64,000 bases of DNA from a virus (Duplodnaviria > Caudoviricetes): the IMG/VR virus record IMGVR_UViG_3300031801_001562, one strand, 5' to 3'. Below, in pieces: positions 29,669 through 39,119 of the stretch. Position 1 is the stretch's first letter. Every line of letters begins with the position of its first letter. Below the pieces are notes generated by a model. The model saw nothing but the letters and a program-made list of their open reading frames with translations, did no database searches and was not told the DNA's origin. The translations under genes and the position numbers were made by a program.

Positions 29669-30056
29669 TTCTCTTCTTCAGTTCAGTTGATGAATAATGA
29701 TGAAATCTCTTACAATAATAGAGTTCAATATTTTTTAAGATACATGTATTATATCCTGTTATGAATTTATTGTCACGGGAATAATCTTCACCTAAAAATC
29801 TAATATTAATTTCTATTGTTTTTAATATATTTTTAAGATCTTTTTCTGATTCATAAGGAATAATTTCATCAACATATCTACATCCTTTTAATTGTATGAA
29901 TCGTTCAAAGACTGACTGTATTAAATCTTTTTTGTGGGCAGGGCTAGTGTGAAGACCAACAATTAAATAATCACAATTTTTTCTCGCTTCTTCTAACATT
30001 ACAATATGACCCGCATGCAGTAAATCAAAACTGGAAGCTGTAAATCCTTTTTTCAT
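29637..30056 (-). CDS. HIGH-motif cytidylyltransferase (TagD/HldE-domain-like)
   Basis: SSFDLLHAGH, LIVGL, VDEIIPY, GEDY, YSSTELK. Confidence 0.88.
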   Translation of the reverse strand: MKKGFTASSFDLLHAGHIVMLEEARKNCDYLIVGLHTSPAHKKDLIQSVFERFIQLKGCRYVDEIIPYESEKDLKNILKTIEINIRFLGEDYSRDNKFITGYNTCILKNIELYYCKRFHHYSSTELKKRIVSLSNTLTD

Positions 30057-31048
30057 TCTGATTGTTCTTCGAGTTCATCTTCAATATCCATTAATTCAAA
30101 CATCTCTATCCATTTAGGTGCTCTATAATCCCAACTATAATATTTGTCCGCATGTTTTTTAGCTCGATCTATAACATCCTGAGTTTCATCGTCCCAATAT
30201 GTATCCATTAATTTATCTATTTCATCTGTGACTCTATAACAATGTTCTATTTCATCTTTAATATAAGGATACATAAAAGCATGATCGGAACAAGTCTCTG
30301 GTAACGCTCCTAGACTATTTGTAAGCATTAATGTCCTGGAAGACATTGCTTCCATGGCAGTCCTACAAGAAGTTTCTTCCCATATACATGGATAAGCCCA
30401 AATATGCATATCTTTCCATTCTTCTCTTAAAGGTCTTCCTCTAACAATTTTATGTAAGGTCATATTAGGATTTTTTTCAATATGATCGAATAATTCTCCG
30501 TATGGTTGATCGTTCTCTTTCCACCCATATATCTGAAAACTTGAATATACATGCAAATGCCAATCATCTCTTTCGAGTTCATGTAAAGCATTACATAATA
30601 CATGTAAACCTCTTTGAGGGGTAGAAGCATAGATTAAATTTATTTTACCCTCTCTAGGTTTTTCATAATGTTCAAATGGAAATATTGCTGTTTTTTGAAC
30701 TTCACAACGATCCATTGGTAAATCATATTTTTCTAGAAAAGTATGCATTTGCCAATAACTCGAAAAAATTAATTTTTCAAATTGTTCTGCTCCGTCTTTA
30801 TTTTTTAAAAAATCATGTCCACCACTTGGATCTTTTGCTAAATCATGAAACCACCAAATTCTGGGCAAAATAGTTTGAATATTTTCTGGATATAATCTTG
30901 ATATTATCCATTGATAATCTGTTTTATATTTTTTAGGCAAATGCGACCATAATTCTAAGGTTGTTAATTCTGTTCCCCCAAAAGAATTCTTAGCCATATT
31001 ATTTTCTTTTCTTTGAGGTATTGTCTTATCTTTATAAATGTCTTTCAT
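30053..31048 (-). CDS. Glycosyltransferase (GT-B, GT4-like)
   Basis: FGGTEL, YASTPQRGL, AYPCIWEETSC..AMEAM, GALPET. Confidence 0.85.
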   Translation of the reverse strand: MKDIYKDKTIPQRKENNMAKNSFGGTELTTLELWSHLPKKYKTDYQWIISRLYPENIQTILPRIWWFHDLAKDPSGGHDFLKNKDGAEQFEKLIFSSYWQMHTFLEKYDLPMDRCEVQKTAIFPFEHYEKPREGKINLIYASTPQRGLHVLCNALHELERDDWHLHVYSSFQIYGWKENDQPYGELFDHIEKNPNMTLHKIVRGRPLREEWKDMHIWAYPCIWEETSCRTAMEAMSSRTLMLTNSLGALPETCSDHAFMYPYIKDEIEHCYRVTDEIDKLMDTYWDDETQDVIDRAKKHADKYYSWDYRAPKWIEMFELMDIEDELEEQSE

Positions 31049-31908
31049 ACTTCAATCTTGAATGTTCTGGGACTATTTAAAATATGTTCTTTTAATTCTT
31101 TATGAAAATTTATATTTGCTTCTCTACATTCTTCTAAAGAACTTTTATACTGTCTTTGTTCTTTATCTTGTATAGTTTTCCACCAATCGGTTGTGGGACA
31201 ATATAAAGGTTTATGTTTTAAACCATAAAATTTAGAACACCAAGGAAAAACTACAACAACCTTTCCTAAAAGTGTTGCCCAATAAGCGCCATGATAAGAA
31301 TTTGTAACAACAATATCTCCACTTGCAATAAATTCTATTGTTTCTTCAAAATTGATTTCATTGTTTCCCTTATGAGGATAATCCCAAGTTTCCGAAGGCA
31401 TGCCATGAATAACATTCATTGGAAGAGTTGAATGAGTAAAAAATACAACATCATATTTGACTTTATATTCTTTATCAAAAGCTTCATGCATACAGCTTGC
31501 GCATGGAACCCATCTTGCGGTTGGTATTGCTTGATATATATGTGGATGATGATCTCGTATACCCAATAAATCAAATGATCTTATATAACCTGGATAAGTT
31601 ATATTCATTGGTGGTATACATTGTACTTGTTCATCTAAACAAATATACATATGTTCGCCTAATCCCCATCCATATATTCTATAATTAGAATTTTTTTGAT
31701 GTTTCAAAACATGAGACATTGGCCTCATTTGACCTATGAGTCCTCCACCACCGTAAATGACGTTTTCATGAGGTGGCATATAATCATATTCTAATTTAAA
31801 GATATCTTTTTGATTTCCTGGTAAATCAAAATATTTTGTAGGAGTACTGTACGAATCGCCTATGTTAGTTTCATCTGTCCTAAATATATTGGTAAACTGT
31901 AATTCCAT
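31045..31908 (-). CDS. Polysaccharide pyruvyltransferase-like protein
   Basis: NIGD, YGGGGL, GIRD, VPCASCM, VVTNSYHGAYWATLLGK. Confidence 0.6.
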   Translation of the reverse strand: MELQFTNIFRTDETNIGDSYSTPTKYFDLPGNQKDIFKLEYDYMPPHENVIYGGGGLIGQMRPMSHVLKHQKNSNYRIYGWGLGEHMYICLDEQVQCIPPMNITYPGYIRSFDLLGIRDHHPHIYQAIPTARWVPCASCMHEAFDKEYKVKYDVVFFTHSTLPMNVIHGMPSETWDYPHKGNNEINFEETIEFIASGDIVVTNSYHGAYWATLLGKVVVVFPWCSKFYGLKHKPLYCPTTDWWKTIQDKEQRQYKSSLEECREANINFHKELKEHILNSPRTFKIEV

Positions 31909-31922
31909 AGAAAGGTATATTC

Positions 31923-32309
31923 ATGCAAGATTTAAATGATTTTGGTTTTAGCACAGTTAGTGAACAAGAATTTACATCGGCTGCTAAAGAACCTGAAGAG
32001 AAAGTAGTTACTGCTGCGGTTGAAAAAGCTAAGGCGGGGCAAATAAAAGAAGTTGAGGGAACTGTGAATAAAATTTGGAGTTTGCTGGACTATCATTATG
32101 AAGATATTGATAAACATAAAGAAAAATTAAACCAAGAATACGGACGGCAGATGAAAGAAGTAGAAGATTTAATTATACCTCTGCTAAACAACTTAGCAAA
32201 ATCTTCCACTAATGAATACATATATTGGCCCGGCAGACGAGAGATTTTAGAAACGCAAATTGAGAAAATTACTGCACATACTCGAGACGTAAATATATTC
32301 ACTGAGTAA
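31923..32309 (+). CDS. Conserved T4-like hypothetical protein; only plus-strand gene
   Basis: AAAGG SD; DFGFS...IIPLLNNL...EYIYWP.R resembles small ORFs of T4-like phages; exactly fills a gap with no credible minus-strand gene. Confidence 0.75.
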   Translation: MQDLNDFGFSTVSEQEFTSAAKEPEEKVVTAAVEKAKAGQIKEVEGTVNKIWSLLDYHYEDIDKHKEKLNQEYGRQMKEVEDLIIPLLNNLAKSSTNEYIYWPGRREILETQIEKITAHTRDVNIFTE

Positions 32310-32835
32310 TTCCATATTTACAAAGGAAGTAAGAATCAACAATATCAGACGCCGGGTTACCTTTTTCTTGAACTAATTCAAAAGTATCCGGCTCTGTCTT
32401 CCATGCTTCTAACATCGCATCTTTATTAGAATTTCCCTTACCTGTTGCGAACTTCTTAATAACAGTTGGTGGAATAGTTTCATAGCGGAAACCATTCTGT
32501 TTTAATTTCAGTTTTAAAATACCAACATTTTCCGCGATGTGAAAAACTCTACCTGTAGATCCGTAAGAATAATCTTCTAATATAACTTTCTCAACTCTAC
32601 CATTATGCCAACGTAATGTGTCTATGGTCCATTCTGCTAAAAACTTGAACTTATCTATATCTTTTAAATCTTTTGGCAACTTATAACAATTCACATTTTG
32701 AAGGGCGGACCACCTATGCCGCCACTTATCCAAAGCAAAAAAATAATAAGTACAATTATTGGGACTACATATTCCATTTTTATATACACAAACACATGGG
32801 CTGGTTGTAGAATAATCTATTCCTGCACAAATCAA
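32299..32835 (-). CDS. RuvC-like Holliday junction resolvase/nuclease
   Basis: GIDYS, ILEDY, PPTVIKKFATGKGN, DIVDSY. Confidence 0.82.
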   Translation of the reverse strand: MICAGIDYSTTSPCVCVYKNGICSPNNCTYYFFALDKWRHRWSALQNVNCYKLPKDLKDIDKFKFLAEWTIDTLRWHNGRVEKVILEDYSYGSTGRVFHIAENVGILKLKLKQNGFRYETIPPTVIKKFATGKGNSNKDAMLEAWKTEPDTFELVQEKGNPASDIVDSYFLCKYGITQ

Positions 32836-33300
32836 TTAAAATCCTAACTGTTGTAATTCTCTTATACTATTATTTGCAGATGTATGTAAAATCGCAATGC
32901 CACCCTTTGACTTCCACTCAGCTACGTTTGATTCAGAATCATCAATTAAAATATTTGGTGATAAATTTTCTTCAACAGCATAATATTGTTTTTCTCTTTG
33001 AAAAACACAATGAATTCTTACAGGGTATATTTTATAATGTTTATAAATCCATTGCATTTTTTGCATGCGGCATTCCAGAAAAACGGGTAGATTAGGAATA
33101 GCAGTTAAAACATGCCATTCAAATTGTCCGGAAATATGATTTACTAATTCATCTGCATCGGATATTTTGGGAAGAGAAAAGAAAAAATCTTCAGGGAGGA
33201 GATCCCATCTGTTTGCCCACTCTTTTTTGGTTTCAAATTTTTCAATAATGGCTTTATCAAAATCTGATAAAACTCCATCCATATCAATAAAAACTTTCAT
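32836..33300 (-). CDS. HAD-family 5'(3')-deoxyribonucleotidase-like
   Basis: IDMDGVLSDF, LTA, K..W, ILIDD. Confidence 0.85.
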   Translation of the reverse strand: MKVFIDMDGVLSDFDKAIIEKFETKKEWANRWDLLPEDFFFSLPKISDADELVNHISGQFEWHVLTAIPNLPVFLECRMQKMQWIYKHYKIYPVRIHCVFQREKQYYAVEENLSPNILIDDSESNVAEWKSKGGIAILHTSANNSIRELQQLGF

Positions 33301-33302
33301 AA

Positions 33303-33515
33303 TTAATCGTATATAAAATTCATTTCACCTTCAAGGCCCACTTTTTCTTTGTATGTTTTATCAAGAATATCTTCTAACCAGAGTTTACCTGTAAAAGCAG
33401 GTGCATTCTCGATATCTTTCCACACCTCTTGAATTGCGTTAACACCTAATGATTCAGTATGTTTTTCAAGAACTTTAACACACTCATCAACATATTTTTC
33501 AAATGTTGTTTTCAT
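33303..33515 (-). CDS. Hypothetical protein (70 aa)
   Basis: ORF with GAGG SD directly after a sigma70-like promoter. Confidence 0.6.
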   Translation of the reverse strand: MKTTFEKYVDECVKVLEKHTESLGVNAIQEVWKDIENAPAFTGKLWLEDILDKTYKEKVGLEGEMNFIYD

Positions 33516-33525
33516 AATACCCTCT

Positions 33526-33554
33526 ATTATACATCATTAATAAGTAAATTTCAA
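33526..33554 (-). promoter_or_regulatory. Sigma70-like early promoter
   Basis: TTGAAA-17 nt-TATAAT on minus strand. Confidence 0.7.
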
Positions 33555-33563
33555 CAAAAAAAT

Positions 33564-35525
33564 TTAAATCAAATCTACAACCTCACATCCACCGTCACTT
33601 CCACAAGCTTGTGTTTGTGCTCCGGCGGTATGATCTTCTTTTTCATAATCACTTAATTTATCCCAATTTACATTTTTGGGCATTTTTAATAATAATTCTT
33701 TATACTGTTCTTCATCACAATCTTGGTAAGGAGCTTGTTTATACGTATATTCACTAAATGGTAAAAATGAAATACCACTAATAGAATCAAAATTTTCCCA
33801 AACCCATGAACCCACAACCATCCATTCGTGTTCCTTAACCGATACTGTAATAGATGGTTTATGCTCACACCAATGATCTTGATATATTTTCCACAATTCT
33901 ACTTGATCTATAGCTGTCATATCCGTTCTGCATATAGCCCCTTTCGGACTTTTTTGTGGAAAAGAAAATACTGAAGTATGAGTTGGTTTTGTTATATCCG
34001 GTTCATTTGGAAATTTGGCATCTTTCATAAACTTACATAAAGGATCTTTATTATCCGCTCTTACTGTGCGGATGTAATAAGGATTATGTCGAGCATGAAT
34101 ACCAGAAGAACTATCAACCAGCTGAGATACCGTTCCAGAAGGTTTGATACAAGTAATTGCCGCTGATCTTGGGATACCAAGTTTAGTAGACCATTCTTTA
34201 TTTGTTTCAATAGCGACATTTCGAAGCTCCTCTAAAAGTTTGCCGGTTTTTTCTTTTCCTTTTTTTCCATTTGTTAATTCGTTATCCATTATTCCGGTAA
34301 GAGATACTCCCAAAAGTCGTTCTTCTTCACAATTTCTGGCCCATTCTTTGGTGATGTATTTGAAGTTAATGAGCGTTGATTGGAATGTTCCAAGTATGGT
34401 AGCATTGCGAACTTTATCTTTGAGAGATTGGCGAGTGTCCCGTCCACGGATAACGACTTCAGATAAGTTGCAAAATTCTCGTGACCGTAAAATGATCTCG
34501 CTGCACGGATTTGTGCCAAAGTCTTCTCTGGGATCTCGTCTTCGAATAAATCCTCCATGTTCATCTTGTTCCCTTTCGTTTAGTTTTTGAACTTGTCGAT
34601 TAGCTGAATCTCCATTATATATTCCTCGTTCTCCGGATTTTGAATCATAAAGAGATAGCCACTCTCTCATAAAAGTACCAACGTCTGGTTTTTCTTTATA
34701 ATTAACAGAATTATTTGCTAAAGCACGTTGTACATTAAGTTTATACCATTCTCCATGTTTTGCAAATCGCATTTCACGGTCATTAAGATCACTGAGACTG
34801 ATAAGAGCACTTCTTCGAACACCTCCTACAACAACAACTTCTGCAGTCTTACAAATGATGTCATGACATTCAATAGGTTTAAGTTTTCTCCCAGCTGAAT
34901 TTTTAAATATATCTGTAACAAAGTTAAATAAATCTACTAGCGGTTCTGGGCCTGAAGCTCTACCTCCAAATGTTTTTAAAGGCATGCCTGCAGCCCTTAC
35001 TTTACTCATATCCCATTTAGGAGAAAGTCCTTGATATAATAATGAAACTAATTCTTTAAAAGCCTTACACCAACCCAATTTACTATCTGCAACTACTATG
35101 GTAGTATCTGTGAGAAAAAATTCTTCCGCGATAACTGGCATTTGTTTTGTATATTTTTCTTCAACGGAAAAACCAACACCTGTTCCATTCATTAAAACAT
35201 ACATAATTTCATCAAACGTTCTTTGATTATCACATTTTAAATACGAACAATTATATCCAGCAACATTTTCTTTTTTAAGAGGCTCTCCGGCTGTCATTAA
35301 ACATCTCATAGACGGCATAACTTCTAAATTTAGAACTGCTTCTTCTAATTCTTTTCTTTCTACATCAGAAAAATCATAATCGCATTTTTCTTTTAAATCT
35401 TCTTTAAAAAAATCAAAATATCTACCGATTGTTTCGGACCATTTTTCTCTTCTTTCTTCATCATACCTCCATCTTGCATATCTTGAAAGATGTATAAATG
35501 ATTGATATTCTGTAGGTAGGTTCAT
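33564..35525 (-). CDS. nrdJ: Class II (AdoCbl-dependent) ribonucleotide reductase, monomeric type
   Basis: MPSMR, YNCS, GGVRRSA, TNPCSEI, CNLSE, KPSGTVSQL, C-terminal Cys pair CGSDGGC; no nrdB beta subunit adjacent. Confidence 0.9.
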   Translation of the reverse strand: MNLPTEYQSFIHLSRYARWRYDEERREKWSETIGRYFDFFKEDLKEKCDYDFSDVERKELEEAVLNLEVMPSMRCLMTAGEPLKKENVAGYNCSYLKCDNQRTFDEIMYVLMNGTGVGFSVEEKYTKQMPVIAEEFFLTDTTIVVADSKLGWCKAFKELVSLLYQGLSPKWDMSKVRAAGMPLKTFGGRASGPEPLVDLFNFVTDIFKNSAGRKLKPIECHDIICKTAEVVVVGGVRRSALISLSDLNDREMRFAKHGEWYKLNVQRALANNSVNYKEKPDVGTFMREWLSLYDSKSGERGIYNGDSANRQVQKLNEREQDEHGGFIRRRDPREDFGTNPCSEIILRSREFCNLSEVVIRGRDTRQSLKDKVRNATILGTFQSTLINFKYITKEWARNCEEERLLGVSLTGIMDNELTNGKKGKEKTGKLLEELRNVAIETNKEWSTKLGIPRSAAITCIKPSGTVSQLVDSSSGIHARHNPYYIRTVRADNKDPLCKFMKDAKFPNEPDITKPTHTSVFSFPQKSPKGAICRTDMTAIDQVELWKIYQDHWCEHKPSITVSVKEHEWMVVGSWVWENFDSISGISFLPFSEYTYKQAPYQDCDEEQYKELLLKMPKNVNWDKLSDYEKEDHTAGAQTQACGSDGGCEVVDLI

Positions 35526-35539
35526 TCATTTTCCTTGTG

Positions 35540-36325
35540 TTAAATTTTTTTTAGGAATTCTTTTCGTTCTCGTTTTGATAACCCCTCGAGGGCAAATGCT
35601 TTTCTGTCTGCTAATTCATACTTTATTACTTCCATTTCTTGTTTAGAAAATGTAACAGCATTTTTATCATAATCTTCAAATGCCTCACAACACAAAGGAA
35701 ATTCGGGTTTGACTAACTGATACATAGCTACAGCATAATCTTGAGTTTCTTTCTGTGTATGATTATCCATTCTTAATTTACAAAAGTGAAAAAAATTATG
35801 TAAATCTATTTTCCAAATAACTTCAGTATAATTACCTACTGGTAGCACAGAACGAGCTAATTCTCGAGCCAAATCAAGATCTAATAAATTGTGATAGGAG
35901 TGAATAGCATTATCATATATGCGATTAAATTCGAATTTAACAAGACCTTTTTGCTCAATTTCTTCACCTCTACCCTGATTGTTTTGGGTTGATTGTTTTT
36001 GTATATCATCGTCATGAGGAACATAAAAGTCTTCACTCATCAACGAATATCGTCCAGAATATTCATTTAAATTCGCCGTCCGATGTCGAACTATTTGTCT
36101 CATAACGAAAATGGGCAATTTTAAATAAAACTTTACTTCACACATCTCAAAAGGCGAGGTGTGTTTATGCCGCATTAAATATCGAATTAAATTACGGGTC
36201 TCACTAACTTTTTTTGTACCTTTGCCGTAACTTATTCGGGCGGCATCGACTATATCTTCATCACTTCCCATAATATCTAATAATCTAACTAGTCCATCTT
36301 CATGAACTTTCACTTCTTCATTCAT
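35540..36325 (-). CDS. thyX: Flavin-dependent thymidylate synthase
   Basis: HTSPFE, RQIVRHR...NEYSGRY, ELARSVLP; start Met5. Confidence 0.95.
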   Translation of the reverse strand: MNEEVKVHEDGLVRLLDIMGSDEDIVDAARISYGKGTKKVSETRNLIRYLMRHKHTSPFEMCEVKFYLKLPIFVMRQIVRHRTANLNEYSGRYSLMSEDFYVPHDDDIQKQSTQNNQGRGEEIEQKGLVKFEFNRIYDNAIHSYHNLLDLDLARELARSVLPVGNYTEVIWKIDLHNFFHFCKLRMDNHTQKETQDYAVAMYQLVKPEFPLCCEAFEDYDKNAVTFSKQEMEVIKYELADRKAFALEGLSKRERKEFLKKI

Positions 36326-37320
36326 GATCTTTTCCACTGGTTAAATTTTATTCTTGCGGGAAGGCCGCGATAAGTATTCATATTTATTATATCAATAATT
36401 TCCAAAATATCCATTTCACCCACGACCATATCATTAATATCTTTAAATTTAACTGTGTCTGGCCATATGCAAACCGCGAAACCTTTTTTAATAGATTTTT
36501 CTATTTTAAATACAATTTCTTTATTTCTTGGTTCATTATCATATACAAAAACAACGTTCTTAGCATAAAACATACTAACATCATCCAAATCGCTGCCGGC
36601 CATGGCAAGAGAATTTGGAAGAAACATGCTATCAAACGGTCCTTCAACAATGTATATTAATTCATCTTCTTTTATTTTATCTAATCCGAATATTTTTGTA
36701 GCGCTCTTATCTATTTTAATAGTAAAATATCTTAATGTATTATTTTCTAAACTTCTACCCTGAGCAGCAATTAGTTTTCGATCTTTACTAAAAAATGGAA
36801 TAATTATTCTGGGATCATTTGCTTTTAATCGCGCAGCTAATTCTACATCATATTTACTCACCCAACTTTTAAAACAATCTGCAAAGTACATATCACTATA
36901 GCGATCTTTGGGCAACATTCTTACATCACAAAATTTTACGGCTGGATGATCTGGATCCAAATCAATTAATTTTGGCGCATCTATTTTTGTAAAAACCGGT
37001 TTTCTAAAAATAGGAATTTTTTCTTGATAAACTGGAGTACCGTTTTCTTCTTTATAATTTTCAAATGAATATTGTCTTGATAAAGTAGGATCTATTTTGT
37101 CTAATAAAAATTTTAACGATCCGCCGGCTCCGCAATTATGACATTTAAAAATTAAGTTATTTTTTTTATTAAAAAGATAACCTCTTGCTTTAAATTGATT
37201 TTTTTGAGAATCTCCACATATTGGACATCTAAAATTATATAAGTCTCTGGATTTTCGGGCAAAACGAGATAAACGGGAAGAAAGCAAATTAGTATACTTG
37301 TGGTCGATATATAGACTCAT
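36322..37320 (-). CDS. gp61: T4-type DNA primase
   Basis: Zn finger CPICGD...CHNC, IIIPF, YIVEGPFDSMF, DNEPRN, KDINDM. Confidence 0.95.
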   Translation of the reverse strand: MSLYIDHKYTNLLSSRLSRFARKSRDLYNFRCPICGDSQKNQFKARGYLFNKKNNLIFKCHNCGAGGSLKFLLDKIDPTLSRQYSFENYKEENGTPVYQEKIPIFRKPVFTKIDAPKLIDLDPDHPAVKFCDVRMLPKDRYSDMYFADCFKSWVSKYDVELAARLKANDPRIIIPFFSKDRKLIAAQGRSLENNTLRYFTIKIDKSATKIFGLDKIKEDELIYIVEGPFDSMFLPNSLAMAGSDLDDVSMFYAKNVVFVYDNEPRNKEIVFKIEKSIKKGFAVCIWPDTVKFKDINDMVVGEMDILEIIDIINMNTYRGLPARIKFNQWKRS

Positions 37321-37355
37321 TGTGCTCTATATTTTAGAGTTTAATTTAATAATAT

Positions 37356-37384
37356 ATTATAGTATGATTTAAAAGAAATGTCAA
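37356..37384 (-). promoter_or_regulatory. Consensus sigma70 promoter for primase-thyX-nrdJ
   Basis: Perfect TTGACA-17 nt-TATAAT on minus strand. Confidence 0.85.
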
Positions 37385-37387
37385 GAT

Positions 37388-37414
37388 AAAAAAAGGGACC
37401 AGTGGTCCCTTTTT
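37388..37414 (-). terminator. Rho-independent terminator ending the late module
   Basis: GGGACC-ACT-GGTCCC followed by T7 on minus strand; T-run also on the plus side. Confidence 0.85.
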
Positions 37415-37431
37415 ACTCGCTGTGGATTTTA

Positions 37432-37767
37432 TTAAGAATTTTTAAACATTCTTATAATTTTTATGATTTCTACGCCAGCATTAATTGCTTCTTCAACTAC
37501 TACGTCAAGATCATCTGTTAGATCTTGTAATTCAAATTCATCTTTAGCAAATTGAATTAATTCTTCGAATTCAGTATCATCTAAATCTTGTAATTCAACT
37601 AAAACATCTTCAACATGATCCATAGATGATCCTAATCTTTTCAAAGGATCAATAAACTTTTTTGCATCCGACCATCCAATATCACCTGCTTCCATTGCAG
37701 TAACAGATGCTTCACTTAATGCGAAAACGAAAGCCAATACATCTTTCGTTTCTTGTACTCCTGCCAT
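37432..37767 (-). CDS. Hypothetical acidic protein
   Basis: 111 aa ORF with SD. Confidence 0.65.
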   Translation of the reverse strand: MAGVQETKDVLAFVFALSEASVTAMEAGDIGWSDAKKFIDPLKRLGSSMDHVEDVLVELQDLDDTEFEELIQFAKDEFELQDLTDDLDVVVEEAINAGVEIIKIIRMFKNS

Positions 37768-37778
37768 AATATACCTTT

Positions 37779-38471
37779 CTAAATGTTATGATTGGGATGG
37801 GAAGGAAAAATTCTTCTTTGTTCCCTAATTCCCATAGGTTCAAGTCTTTTTAAAACTTCCCCTTTCCTCTTCTTTTTTCTTACGGGTGGATCATCGCCTG
37901 CTTCAGCACTTCCAGCTATTCCACCTGCGGCCATGGCATTAGCAGGAGCATCTTCTTTAACTTCCTTATGTTTAAGAAAATCTTTAACCATTTGAAGATC
38001 CATATCATGTAATTTTTTCCAATTCGGGTCATCAACCCATTTAATACCGGCATCGCGATCAGCTTCCGTATCGCCTTCTGTTAGAAAATCATCTTCGCCC
38101 CACTCATGAAGCACATCTTCATATAAATTTGAAAACTTTTCTTCTAATATTTTTTCATCTGCCAATATTTTTAGATTTTTTTCTTCGCGGAGGAGTAATA
38201 AAGCCGCAGCATAAGTAGCAATTGTTGTTTTTCCAAAAGGTATCTTACCTAACAATTTCTTCAAATTGAAGATAAGAGTATCCATCATAGTATAGGCATT
38301 TCTTTGTTCTATAGTAGTAAAGTCTCTTTTTTTAATGAGAACTTTACCATTCTTATCGATAATGCCTAACTTATAAGCATCTGTTTTTTCAAATTTGGTA
38401 ACTAATCGTTTTAGGAAGGAAAATAGAAAATATAATTCTGAACCTTGTACTAGTACATTTTTTAGACCCAT
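37779..38471 (-). CDS. Conserved T4-like hypothetical (likely virion) protein
   Basis: DAYKLGIIDKNGK...AAALLLLRE...EDAPAN, typical of marine T4-like phages. Confidence 0.65.
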   Translation of the reverse strand: MGLKNVLVQGSELYFLFSFLKRLVTKFEKTDAYKLGIIDKNGKVLIKKRDFTTIEQRNAYTMMDTLIFNLKKLLGKIPFGKTTIATYAAALLLLREEKNLKILADEKILEEKFSNLYEDVLHEWGEDDFLTEGDTEADRDAGIKWVDDPNWKKLHDMDLQMVKDFLKHKEVKEDAPANAMAAGGIAGSAEAGDDPPVRKKKRKGEVLKRLEPMGIREQRRIFPSHPNHNI

Positions 38472-38478
38472 GAAAATC

Positions 38479-38871
38479 CTATAACCATCTTAATTGCTTT
38501 ACTACGTGTTGATCTAGTGTTATATCACTTTCTCTGATATTTGCACCTTTTATGCTGCGAACAACTTTTGGCATTCTTTTTAAATATATTAAAAAAGGTT
38601 TTAACACATGCCAACTATTTTCATCAATTTTATAAAATAATATTCGGGTCGCAGCTTCGTTCTCGAATAAATTATATATCATAATCAAGTGGTTAAGAAT
38701 TAATCTTTGTTTTAATTCATGAGTTGTTAGATAATGATTTAAAAGCCTTTTTAAATATTTAAACCTTTTCATATCATCTCTATAATCCTCAGTACCGATA
38801 CATTGAGGATTATCATAAAACTTCATGCAATATAATTCTATATTATTTTCATTTATATCATCAAAATTCAC
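38479..38871 (-). CDS. Conserved T4-like hypothetical protein
   Basis: YDNPQC...RFKYLKRL...RLILNHLI pattern. Confidence 0.7.
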   Translation of the reverse strand: MNFDDINENNIELYCMKFYDNPQCIGTEDYRDDMKRFKYLKRLLNHYLTTHELKQRLILNHLIMIYNLFENEAATRILFYKIDENSWHVLKPFLIYLKRMPKVVRSIKGANIRESDITLDQHVVKQLRWL

Positions 38872-39098
38872 TTTTTAACTTTTTTATCACTTTTTGAACT
38901 TTTAATAGTTCCATCTTCTACTTTATTTTCAATCATACTTAAATAATGATTCGAAACTTGAATTGCTCCGTCAAGATTGGCAAGCGTCCGCTCTAATTGT
39001 TGAATTTCGTCAGACGCTTGATCTAATCTTGTTTGAACTTGAACTCTATCTTTTTGTAAGAAATCTAATTGCTTATCAATTTCACTTTTTTTTATCAT
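38868..39098 (-). CDS. Small coiled-coil protein
   Basis: Heptad pattern LDFLQKDRVQVQTRLDQASDEIQQLERTLANL. Confidence 0.7.
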   Translation of the reverse strand: MIKKSEIDKQLDFLQKDRVQVQTRLDQASDEIQQLERTLANLDGAIQVSNHYLSMIENKVEDGTIKSSKSDKKVKK

Positions 39099-39119
39099 AA
39101 TATATCCATTAATTATTTA

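Noticed and set aside
28027-31908. T4-style hmC or arabinosyl-cytosine DNA modification
   Set aside because: No thymidylate-synthase-like dCMP hydroxymethylase or dCTPase seen, and the phage has an ordinary dUTPase and ThyX; cannot be excluded outside the window but is unsupported here
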